A stretch of DNA of 63,927 nt, counting the filler, from Octopus bimaculoides (lineage: Eukaryota): the NCBI RefSeq assembly GCF_001194135.2. It is 11 parts of 10 records of this genome, joined end to end, with 100 filler letters (N's around TTAATTAATTAA, not from the genome) between each part and the next. Parts side by side here need not be neighbours in the genome. Positions count along the whole stretch, not along the records: positions 20,745 to 41,690 come from NC_069008.1; 10 more parts are not named here. The stretch is one strand, 5' to 3'. The translations under genes and the position numbers were made by a program. Positions 26,229 through 36,344 of this stretch are shown here, in pieces. The notes below the pieces were generated by a model. That model saw only the letters and a program-made list of their open reading frames with translations. It did not search any database and was not told the origin of the DNA. Within the stretch, counting starts at the first letter, position 1. Each line of letters opens with the position of its first letter.

Positions 26229-27527
26229 ATGGAGAATGTTGATCACTTGGACACGTCTAACGCAACTGTTGTTAACAATGTAGATACAGTTAGAGAGACA
26301 GACGGAGGTGAGAAAGTTGCAGAGAAAAATGTTGCTGAATATTTCTGTGAGATTTGTAGGAAGACATTCTCTTCAGAAGATGAAGTCGTCACACACAGAG
26401 AAATACACAAGAAGGAAAAACGGTTCCATTGTGAAATATGTGAGAAATCGTTTATTGCTCAATCTTTTCTTGAAGTACACAAACGTAGCCACAGTGAAGA
26501 AAAACCTTTCCACTGTGAAATATGTGGGAAGTCTTATGCCTATAAAAATAATTTAATAACACACAAACGATTACACACCGGAGGAAAAAAATTCCAATGT
26601 GAAATATGTGCGAAATCGTTTATTTCTAATGGCGTCCTAACGAAACACAAAAGAATACACACAGGCGAAAGACCTTTCAGTTGTGATGTGTGTGGAAAGT
26701 CATTTGTCAGGAAATATGATGTAACAATCCACAGAAGAATACACACTGGAGAGAAACCCTATCATTGTGAAATCTGTGATAAATCTTTTGTCTCTAATAG
26801 TGATTTGACGACACATAAAAGGATACATACTGGAGAAAAGCCGTATCATTGTGAAATATGTGGGAAATCCTTTTTTAATAATAGTGGCTTAACAGTACAC
26901 AAAAGAATGCACACAGGGGAATCCCCCTATTACTGTGAAATATGTGGGAAATATTTCGTCAAGAGTAGTAATTTAACAACACACAAAAGAATTCATACTG
27001 GAGAAAAACCTTATCATTGTGAAATATGTGAGAAATCTTTCTCTGACAAATCTAGTCTTGCATTCCACGAAAGACAACACACTGGAGAAAAACCATATCA
27101 TTGTGAAATTTGTTCAAAATCATTCTCTCAGAAGTCTAGACTTGTAGTTCACGAAAGACTACACATTGGAATAAAACCATATCATTGTCAAATATGTGAG
27201 AAATCTTTTGTCTCAAATATTGGTCTAAAAAAACACTTAAGAATACATACTGGGGTAAAGCCTTATCAGTGTGAAATATGTGGGAAATCTTTCACTCAAA
27301 ATTCTGGTCTTCAAATCCACAAACGTAGTCACACTGGAGAAAAACCTTACCATTGCGAAATATGTGGGACATGGTTTGTGTCTAGCAGTGACTTAACAAG
27401 GCACATAAGGATACACACTGGAGAAAAACCTTTCCACTGTGAAATATGCGGAAAATCTTTTACTCAGAGTTCTAGTGTTGTTATCCACAAACGAAGCCAC
27501 ACAGGACAAAAGACGTTATTATCGTAA
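26229..27527 (+). CDS. ZNF-B: tandem C2H2 zinc-finger protein, 14 fingers, 432 aa
   Basis: Intact ORF with an acidic 39-aa leader and 14 CEIC-type fingers; AATAAA at 27613. Confidence 0.93.
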   Translation: MENVDHLDTSNATVVNNVDTVRETDGGEKVAEKNVAEYFCEICRKTFSSEDEVVTHREIHKKEKRFHCEICEKSFIAQSFLEVHKRSHSEEKPFHCEICGKSYAYKNNLITHKRLHTGGKKFQCEICAKSFISNGVLTKHKRIHTGERPFSCDVCGKSFVRKYDVTIHRRIHTGEKPYHCEICDKSFVSNSDLTTHKRIHTGEKPYHCEICGKSFFNNSGLTVHKRMHTGESPYYCEICGKYFVKSSNLTTHKRIHTGEKPYHCEICEKSFSDKSSLAFHERQHTGEKPYHCEICSKSFSQKSRLVVHERLHIGIKPYHCQICEKSFVSNIGLKKHLRIHTGVKPYQCEICGKSFTQNSGLQIHKRSHTGEKPYHCEICGTWFVSSSDLTRHIRIHTGEKPFHCEICGKSFTQSSSVVIHKRSHTGQKTLLS

Positions 27528-28987
27528 AGTATGGAAGAAATCTTTACTTCTTTGTGATGACTAAAACACAAAAAGATTCACCTTAGTGTGAAACCTTTAA
27601 ACTATGAAATACAATAAAACCTTTTCTTTCACCATCATAAAATGTTCATTGGAGAATGTTTTATGATGGTTAAATTATGTTTGAAATCATTCTCTGTGTT
27701 CTGTTCTTTTAATCCACAAATATCATCTGAAGTGAGATGCGTTCACTGTTTAGTTTTAGATTGAGACACAATTTCATGAATTATGATGAGGAAAATATAA
27801 ATATCAGACCTCCATCAGCATTTTTATATTCCATTTTTCCACACTTCCATGGCTCAGATAGAGTTTGTTGAGGCAGAGATTCTACGACCAGTTGCCACTT
27901 TTCCAATTAATATTTCCCCATGATTGGTTATATTTTCATGGTAGAGCAGAAATGAAGGACACTTCCTGGATACCAGTGATGCTAGCAACTACGATTCTGT
28001 GTCAAGTCAAACAGACACACATATACGTGATGGGCTTCCTTCAGTTTCTATCTATCACATCTACTCACAAGTCTTTGGGTGGCCTCACTGTTGTAGACAT
28101 GTAAGCACAAGTGTGGTTCTGTGGTAAGTTTACTTCCCAAACTCACTATATGGTACTTTTGGCATGTGTTCTATATCCCTCGATTGACCAAAGCTTTGTG
28201 AGTGGATGCGGTAGACCGAAACTGAATGAAGCATCTTGTGTGTATGGATGGTCTTCCTAGCACCAACCACTCTGCAGAGTGGGCTAAATGGTACTCAGAC
28301 ACATTCGACCATTAACAAAAAAAAAAAAAAAAATCAAGCCAAAAGAGACACAGATACATGATGCAGGATCCTGCCTGGCCAGCTCTTGTCAAATCATCCA
28401 ACCCATGTCAGCCTGGGTGGAAGATGTTAAACGATGATGATGATGATAATATGCATCATCCTCATTTAACGTCTGTTGTCCTTTATGCATATTCAGGCCA
28501 GATGTCGCAACAAATATTCTAAAGAAATCTGGACATTTTCTTTTCCTTCTTCATGTCTTACTTCTGTCTATGTCTGACCTATATTTTTTTTTTTTACTTT
28601 CCTTACAGTGTCTTCTGTCTTTCTTTCTTTTCTTCTTCTTCTTCTATTTCGGTACCGTCTTCCCGTGTCTTTGGCTTCTACCTAACATGTCTCTCTGTCT
28701 GTCTGTCTTGTGATACATCCACAATCCATGCGTTTTCCCCCCCCACTGTCAATGTCTNNNNNNNNNNTCTGTCTTGTGATACATCCACAATCCATGCGTT
28801 TTCCCCCCCCACTGTCAATGTCTTCTTCCATTTGTTAGTTATGTTTCTTGATAAAAAAAAAAAAGAAAATGAAAAAAAAAGGAAAAAAACAAACGGAATT
28901 CGAGGAAGCTATCCCTACTCCCACCACAACCCTTTGCCTCCTACATCTATGCAAGTTCTCTCTCTTGTGTGTGTGTGTGTGTTGAAG

Positions 28988-29080
28988 GAGACATGTACAT
29001 GTAGAGACATGTACATGTAGAGACATGTACATGTAGAGACATGTTCATGTAGAGACATGTACATGTAGAGACATGTTCAT
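28988..29080. repeat. 16-bp minisatellite (AGAGACATGTACATGT)n, about 6 units
   Basis: Directly visible; each unit contains the palindrome ACATGTACATGT. Confidence 0.9.
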
Positions 29081-29169
29081 ACCACACACTCACACACACA
29101 CAAGCACGCTCGTGTAAAATGAATATACATGTATCTATAGACACACGCACATACATATACATACATATT

Positions 29170-29465
29170 CGAGCAAGATCGTTGCCAGTGCCGCTGGACT
29201 GGCTCCTGTGCAGGTGGCATGTAAAATACACAATTTCGACCGTGGCCGTTGCCAGTACCGCCTGACTGGCCCTCGTGCCGGTGGCACATAAAAGCACCCA
29301 CTACACTCTCTGAGTGGTTGGCGTTAGGAAGGGCATCCAGCTGTAGAAACTCTGCCAAATCAGATTGGAGCCTGGTGTAGCCATCCGGTTTCACCAGTCC
29401 TCAGTCAAATCGTCCAACCCATGCTAGCATGGAAAGCGGACGTTAAATGATGACGACGACGACGA
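29170..29465 (+). mobile_element. SINE family B (GAT/GAC tail), well-preserved copy
   Basis: GTTGCCAGT..GACTGGC subrepeats, GAGTGGTTGGCGTTAGGAAGGGCATCCAGCTGTAGAAAC core, CCAACCCATGCTAGCATGGAAAGCGGACGTTAAATGATGAC tail; homologous copies near 30362, 31960, 35395 and 41544. Confidence 0.85.
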
Positions 29466-29949
29466 TATACACACATGTATATATATGTGTGTATGTATAT
29501 ATATGTGTATATATATGTATATATATATATGTGTGTGTGTGTGTATGTATATATTTGTTAACGAGGACAACAAACATCAAGTCATATCCATTATTATTGT
29601 TATTGGAAAAATTTTAAAGTCTTACAGCTGTTTCTGGGATATTCTGTAATCAGAGACAAATAGGGAAACTGAGAAGGGTATAGCATGGACAACAGATGTT
29701 AAATGATGATGATGCATATTATCATCATCATCATCGTTTAACATCTTCCACCCAGGCTGACATGGGTTGGATGATTTGACAAGAGCTGGCCAGGCAGGAT
29801 CCTGCATCATACATCCGTGTCTCTTTTGGCATGATTTTTTTTTTTTTTTGTTAATGGTTGAATGTCCTTCCTAACCACCCTGCAGAGTGGTCTGACTACC
29901 ATTTAGCCCACTCTGCAGAGTGGTTGGTGCTAGGAAAACCATCCATATA

Positions 29950-30345
29950 TACTCTTTACTCTTTTACTCGTTTCAGTCATTTGACTGGCCATGCTGGAGC
30001 ACCGCCTTTAGTCAAAGAAATCAACCCCAGGACTTATTCTTTGCAAGCCTAGTACTTATTCTATCGGTCTCTTTTGCCGAACCACTAAGTTACGGAGACA
30101 TAAAGACACCAGCATTGGTTGTCAAGCAATGTTGGGGGACAAACACAAACAGCTTAAACATATACACACATACATATATATACATGTATACGACGGGCTT
30201 CTTTCAGTTTCCATCTGCCAAATCCACTCACAAGGCTTTGGTCGGCCCAAGGCTATAGAAGAAGACACTTGCCCAAGGTGCCACGCAGTGGGAATGAACC
30301 CGGAACCATATGGTTGGTAAGCAAGCTACTTACCACACAGCCACT
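29950..30345 (-). mobile_element. SINE family A, full length
   Basis: Complete tail-body-head reverse complement. Confidence 0.9.
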
Positions 30346-30361
30346 CCTATATATATATTAT

Positions 30362-30600
30362 TATCATCATCATCATTTAGCCTTTGCTTTCCATGTGGGC
30401 ATGGGTCAGATGGTTTGACTGAAACTGGCAACCTGGAGAGCTGCATTAGCTCCAGTCTGACCTGGCAAGGTTTTGACAACTGGATGCCCTTCCTAAAACC
30501 AGCCACGCCAAGAATGTAATGGGTATTTTTGATGTGCCACCAGCACGAGTGCTAGTTACACGACTCCAACATGAGCCACAACTATGATTTCATTAGGCTT
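30362..30600 (-). mobile_element. SINE family B, diverged
   Basis: (TCA)n tail and CTGGATGCCCTTCCTAA core, reverse complemented. Confidence 0.7.
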
Positions 30601-31024
30601 CACAGGTCTTCTCCAGCATGGTATATCACCAACGGCCTCGATTGCTTGTCATCACCTGCATGAGGACCAGCAGTTCTATGTGCCAGTTATGTGACACCAA
30701 CATCAGCCCTGAAGGGTTGTAACGGCCATATCACGCTGATATGATGTAGCCCACTACCAAATGTAACGTGTAGATGTAACACTTGAAGGTTCTCACATGA
30801 GAGTAACCAGTTAATATCGAAGAATCAACACCAAGAAAGAAGAAATATTATTTACATGTATTCATTCGTTTGCCTGACAGGCAGTTAAAGGGACAGTAGT
30901 AATTGTAGTGATAGTGACAAAAAGGTTGGCTCACGGGTTAGTAGTTGATAGTGTAGAAGTTGCTGTCCATCAGTAGAAAGTGAAAGAGTAAGGAATGCAC
31001 ATTGCTGACAAGAAAGGATAAAGG

Positions 31025-31671
31025 TGGTATAGAAAAGTGGTTATACTCCATTAGGTGTATACCTGCTTCCGTACATTAAATTACTGAAGAAACAACGGAA
31101 CGCAGATTCTGAACTATCAACACAACAATATTTATTTACAGAGGAAATAGGCAGCACTTCGCCCTTTGGTTGCTGAGACGCCGTCAATGATGTTGGTGGT
31201 TATTTGTCTAGCTCCAGAGTTGGAATGTTGGAGAGACTGCTTGACACGTTCAGGCTCATGGCCGGCCGGCCGAGAAAGAGAATGAATAAGGGCACGAAAC
31301 TTGAATATTGAATGACCACGCATGCGCATGAGACTCTTCCTGTGTTCCTTCCGGAACTAGTCCCTGCGCATGCGTGGATAAAACTCCAGACATTGAACAT
31401 ATAACAGTCGTCTGCTATAGGTGTCACTACAGTGGCATTGTCTTTCTTATGGCCAAAAGCTTCGACACCCCCAAGCGAAGAAGTAGGATCGCCCAAGACA
31501 TATAAATAGAGGTAGTCTAGCTGTGGAAGAGGAGTTGAGTAGAGATCATCCGAAGGTGCTAGATAGCAGTAGCTTGAGACATAACAGTATGTCAAGCAAA
31601 GGGCGAAGGGAAGTGCTCCTTGGTCAGCGCAGGCACAAAAGAGGAAGAGATAGGAAATGCTTTCTGTTACA
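31025..31671 (-). mobile_element. LTR-like / shared upstream block, copy 2 (antisense to ZNF-C)
   Basis: Homologous to 23587-23882; the minus strand begins TGTAAC at 31671, 343 nt from the TGCGCATGC motif (345 nt in copy 1). Confidence 0.5.
31316..31377. promoter_or_regulatory. Inverted NRF1-type motifs flanking ETS-type motifs
   Basis: CCACGCATGCGCA (31316-31328) and its exact reverse complement TGCGCATGCGTGG (31365-31377) enclose CTTCCTG and TTCCTTCCGG. Confidence 0.45.
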
Positions 31672-31959
31672 TAGACTATCGTCAGTAATGTAGGCCAAAC
31701 TCTAAACAAATGACTGTCCTTTCCTTGACCAGCACAGGTCCTTGGGGGTCAAGTGTTTCCCCATCAATTATTTGGTGTGGAGAGGATTTCCCAGGTGGAT
31801 TTGGTTTCAAATCTTAGGCAGCAAATCTTGATCATGTATTAAAAGTCCCGTGAGCATAGAAATGTTAGTTGAATATTATGAGACAAAGAAGAGAGCAGAA
31901 TGAATTTCTGAATACAAAATTACAAAAAAAAAAAAAAAATTAATAAAGACAGAATTCCC

Positions 31960-32400
31960 TCTTGTACCTGTGCTGGTGGCATATAAAAAAGAAATCAACC
32001 TTTGAATGTTGGGCCTCACAGAGGCAAAGTAAGTGGCTAAGTTCCTTTTGAGTGTTGGGCCTGATGGAGGCAAAGTGGCTGGGTTCCGTTCAAGTATTGA
32101 GTCTCACAGAGGCAATGACCAAGGCCTTTGGCATTATGCTATGCTTGAGAAGAAGACCCATCAAGCTGAGCAAAATTGCAGTTGTGGCAGATACTGGTGT
32201 CAGGCAAATGGCACCCGTACAGGTGGCACATAAAAGCACCCATTACACTCTCAGAGTGGTTGGCGTTGGGAAGGGCATCTAGCCATAGAAAACCATACCA
32301 AACGTGACTGGAGCCTGGCGCAGCATACCAGCCTAGTCGAACCGTCCAACCCATGCCAGCAGCATGGATAACGAACATTAAATAATGATGATGATGATAT
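31960..32400 (+). mobile_element. SINE family B, long variant with 5' subrepeats
   Basis: Repeated TGTTGGGCCT..AGAGGCAA units, GAGTGGTTGGCGTTGGGAAGGGCATC core, (GAT)n tail. Confidence 0.75.
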
Positions 32401-33600
32401 TGCGTGAGGAAAAATAACTGTGATGTTCGAAGGCAGAAGAATGCATTATTGATCTGAGAATGTGTGAACGTGCGCATGTAGGGACTGCGATTAGCGTGCT
32501 TGTGTGTTAAGGAGTATAACGTTGGATGGCTGGTAGTACAGTGTTGCATTACTTTGCGAGAACCCGACTTTACGAGTTTTCGCTTTACCAGCGTTCTCCG
32601 GGAACGAATCAACTCGTATATTGAGACATTAATGTATATGCGTGTGTACAGAGAATATGTATGCGTACAACACATGTGTGTGTGCAGAAGGACTCAGGAA
32701 GAGAATGGAGGAGCCAGAACGAGGCTTTTGAAAGGACATGTTGAGTGTGTGTGCGTGTGTGTAAAACAAACAAACAAAAAAATGGAATTTATTTATTGAA
32801 TACTTGGAAAATAGATATTTTACTTTCAAACCCTCCTCCTTCGGCTTTCAGAGAGGAAAGGACGCATTCCGTTATTTTGTTTTAATTCTTATCTTTAAAT
32901 TCAACTCCCGTTTCTGTGAAACATGAATTGTCGTTAGAAGTGTTTTTGTAAATTGCTTTTTACATTTTCTAATTATTGTTTAAAATGGAAAATTTTGTAA
33001 AACACAGAACGACTTATGCAAAAATACTTTCCAGCCGTGACTGTTTTGTCGAGTTTTCATAGTTTTCTATAGTTACGTCAGTACATTTGAAGGAGTCTTG
33101 ACTGTTATTTCTAGAAAATCGAAAGACCACACAGAGATCCTTTGTAAGTGATGATAACTGTTTTGGGTGATGTTGGATACAATTTAAGATGTAAATTAAT
33201 ATAATTTAAGCTGTTTCCTAACGTTATATAATGTTGGGGACTTTTAATACATGTCACCGGTATCGTTTAAACAAGGGGCAGGAATATCAAAGACACCGAC
33301 TATTGTTTGTGTTTCTAATTAGTTGAGCTAAATCTAATTATATCACATGTAGTAATTATCTCATGTTGCGGTGAACGTTAATGTTTGTCCTTAAAACAGG
33401 GCATCCTACATGTTTGAGGATCGGTGTTCCATCAAATTCATGATTAAATATTTCATCTGATCACAGCTTTACATCGTTAATTAGTTGTTCCCCGTTTTAC
33501 AGGACAAGGGGAAATGGCTTTTAATTAACAACAAATCAATCAACGAACTTTCCTCGTCCTTCTTCACTTACATTTGGACTTTATATCAAACATTCTACTG

Positions 33601-33720
33601 GTGAGTAGAAAATATACCTACATTACATCTGTTCCAGACATGTAAACAGAGATCTGTGATATCTAAGACAAGAAACTCAACCATAATAAATTAACTCGCA
33701 GACGTTTGTCCGCTTTTCAG
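33601..33720 (+). other. Putative 5'UTR intron of ZNF-C (120 nt)
   Basis: CTACTG|GTGAGTAGAAAATATA donor; TTAAC branch-like motif; GCTTTTCAG acceptor. Confidence 0.65.
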
Positions 33721-33738
33721 AATTGCTCAAGAATTAAT

Positions 33739-34941
33739 ATGGAGAACGTCGATGACTTGGACTCAACCGTTTTTAAAAATACAGGTTTAATTAGAGAGAG
33801 AGACAGAGACGAAAAAGCTGAAGTGAAAAATGTTGAATATCGCTGCGAGATTTGTGGGGAGGCATTCTCTTCAGAAGATGAAGTCTTTTCACACAAAGAA
33901 ATACACAAGAAGGAAAAACTGTTTCATTGTGAAATATGTGAGAAATCATTTATTAGTTATTCTTTTCTTGAAGTTCACAAACGTAGTCACACCGGAGAAA
34001 AACCTTACCATTGCGAAATATGTGAGAAATCTTTTGTCTCAAACAGAGATTTAATAACACACGTAAGAGTCCACACAGGGGAAAGACCTTTCCATTGCGA
34101 AATATGTGAGAAATCTTTTGCTTCAAATAGCGTCCTAACAAGACACAAAAGAATACACTCTGGGGAAAAACCATTCCAATGCGAAGTCTGTGGGAAATCT
34201 TTCGTTTATATAAATGATCTGACAGTCCACAAAAGAACACACACTGGAGAGAAACCTTATCACTGTGAAATATGTGGGAAATCTTTTGTTAATAACAGTA
34301 ATTTAACAACACACAGAAGCATACATACAGGAGTTACACCTTACCGTTGTGAAATATGTGGGAAATATTTCGTGAAGAGTAGTAATTTAACGAGGCATAA
34401 AAGAATTCACACTGGAGAAAAACCCTATCATTGTGAAATATGTGAGAAATCATTCACTGATAAATCTAGTCTTGCATTCCACGAAAGACAACACACTGGA
34501 GAAAAACCATATCATTGTGAAATTTGTTCAAAATCGTTCTCAGAGAAATCTAGGCTTACAGTTCATGAAAGACTGCACACTGGAATAAAACCATATCATT
34601 GTCAAATATGTGAAAAATATTTTGTTTCAAATATTGGTTTAAAAAAACACCTAAGAATACACACTGGAGTAAAACCATTTCACTGTGAAATATGTGGGAA
34701 ATCTTTCACTCAAAATTCTAGTCTTCATATCCACAAACGTAGTCACACTGGAGAAAAACCTTACCATTGCGAAATATGTGGGACGTGGTTTGTGTCTAGC
34801 AGTGACTTAACAAGGCACATAAGGATACACACTGGAGAAAAACCTTTCCACTGTGAAATATGTGGAAAATCTTTTACTCAGAGTTCTAGTGTTGTTATCC
34901 ACAAACGAAGCCACACTGGACAAAAGACCTTATTATCGTAA
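33739..34941 (+). CDS. ZNF-C: tandem C2H2 zinc-finger protein, 13 fingers, 400 aa; paralogue of ZNF-B
   Basis: First ATG at 33739 (the ORF track starts at a TTG at 33706); MENVD start shared with B; the last 7 fingers are nearly identical to B, with the same TGQKTLLS end. Confidence 0.93.
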   Translation: MENVDDLDSTVFKNTGLIRERDRDEKAEVKNVEYRCEICGEAFSSEDEVFSHKEIHKKEKLFHCEICEKSFISYSFLEVHKRSHTGEKPYHCEICEKSFVSNRDLITHVRVHTGERPFHCEICEKSFASNSVLTRHKRIHSGEKPFQCEVCGKSFVYINDLTVHKRTHTGEKPYHCEICGKSFVNNSNLTTHRSIHTGVTPYRCEICGKYFVKSSNLTRHKRIHTGEKPYHCEICEKSFTDKSSLAFHERQHTGEKPYHCEICSKSFSEKSRLTVHERLHTGIKPYHCQICEKYFVSNIGLKKHLRIHTGVKPFHCEICGKSFTQNSSLHIHKRSHTGEKPYHCEICGTWFVSSSDLTRHIRIHTGEKPFHCEICGKSFTQSSSVVIHKRSHTGQKTLLS

Positions 34942-35394
34942 AGTATAGGGGAAATCTTTAGTTTCTGATAGTGACTTAACACAGCACAAACTGATTTAGT
35001 ATGGAAGGAAGCTATTTAACTTTAAAATCTGATAAATTCATTTCTTTGGAGAACATTTTATAATAGGGAAATTATGTTAGAAATCATTCTCTGTGTTCTG
35101 TTCTTTTAATCCACAAATATCATCTGAAGATCTGTTTGCTGTCTAGTTTTAGACACCATTTTATGATTCATGAAAAAATCCAAGTATCAGATCTTCATCA
35201 CCATTTTTATGTTCATCTTACCACACTTGCCAGAATTTGCCAAGAGAGATTTTCTATCACCAGAAACCCCTTTCTTATTGCTAATCCTTCATTGTTTTCA
35301 ACTGATATTTCCTTTTGATTGGTTATTTTCATGGAAGTAGGATGACTTCACTCTACCTGGTCCGTAACGTATTATTTTCTATTAAACTATGACA

Positions 35395-35660
35395 CCCGCT
35401 GACTGGCCCGTGTGTGCTGGTGGCACGTAAAAAGCATTATCCGAACATGATCAATGCCAGGCCTGCCTGACTGGCTCCTGTGCCAGTGGCACGTAAAAAG
35501 TGTCTACTACACTCTTGGAGTGGTTAGTATTAGGAAGGGCATCCAGCTGTAGAAACATTACCAGATCAGATTGGTGCCTGGTGCCGCCATCTGGTTATCC
35601 AGCCCTCAGTCAAACTCTTAAACCCATACCTTCATGGAAAACACATTAAATGATGATGAT
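35395..35660 (+). mobile_element. SINE family B copy
   Basis: GACTGGC subrepeats, TTAGGAAGGGCATCCAGCTGTAGAAAC core, (GAT)n tail. Confidence 0.8.
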
Positions 35661-35959
35661 AACTCAAAAGCATTATTTCTAAAAAGATTGTCTTTATATA
35701 CATTAGACTCATAAAAACCCAAAATTATTGAATGATAAAATCATAAACAAGCAAGAACATAGAATCTAAAAAGCAAACTTTCCTTTCTTTGTGTCAATAT
35801 TTAAGATCCTGCAAAAAAAGAAATCACTGAGAAATTTATGCAAAACTTCATCATTGAAATTTGTGATGAAATATTTTTTTGTCAATTTAAATATTTTGTT
35901 AAAAAATGTTATGAATTTGGAAATTAAAATCCTTTCATTTTCATATTTGTTGCATTATA

Positions 35960-36190
35960 CAGGTTGTTCAAAAAGTCTCTCTGCATTAAGTATTTTATTG
36001 CAAAATAAATATATTTATAAGACGGTATAAGACTACAAAGGAATATATTAGACTTTACAAGACTTTATAAGAAGTGTTGAAAGTGTCGTCCTTCATTTTC
36101 AATACACAAGTTGACTCTTCTACACATGTTTAAAAATATATCTTGGAGAAAAAAAAAAATTCACTGCCGAGAGACTTCTTGAACACCCTG
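35960..36190 (-). mobile_element. Tc1/mariner-derived MITE, 231 bp, TA target duplication
   Basis: 22-bp TIRs CAGG(T/G)TGTTCAA(A/G)AAGTCTCTC with 20/22 match, TA on both sides; the internal minus strand encodes RRVNLCIENEGRHFQHFL*, a transposase C-terminus. Confidence 0.85.
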
Positions 36191-36344
36191 TATTTTCTGG
36201 TCAGTTGATATATTTTTTGCCAAATTGACTCAAGAGAAAACATTATTTTATTAAAAAAAAAAAAAAAAATTTGGTGAGCTGACAGAATCATTAGCACGCC
36301 AGAGAAAATGCTTAGCTTGCCCCAACAGGTCTTCGCAAGCCGAG

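Larger units (their letters stand above)
28243..29947. repeat. Local inverted duplication: arms 28243-28481 and 29687-29947
   Basis: The arms are near-identical reverse complements, including idiosyncratic junctions (CCAACCACTCTGCAGAGTGGGCTAAATGG; GATGATAATATGCATCATC). Confidence 0.85.

Noticed and set aside
28705-28822. Exact 55-bp direct repeat around a 10-N gap
   Set aside because: Typical overlap of contig ends on either side of a minimal gap; probably an artefact.
31200-31709. 169-aa minus-strand ORF containing IADD (RT-like YADD?)
   Set aside because: No other reverse transcriptase motifs; it lies within the LTR-like non-coding block, and its ORF-track start is not an ATG.
21361-34240. 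Short ORFs overlapping the ZNF genes (e.g. 21361-21570, 22152-22649, 26308-26556, 33830-34054)
   Set aside because: Alternative-frame or antisense shadows of the 84-bp finger repeat.
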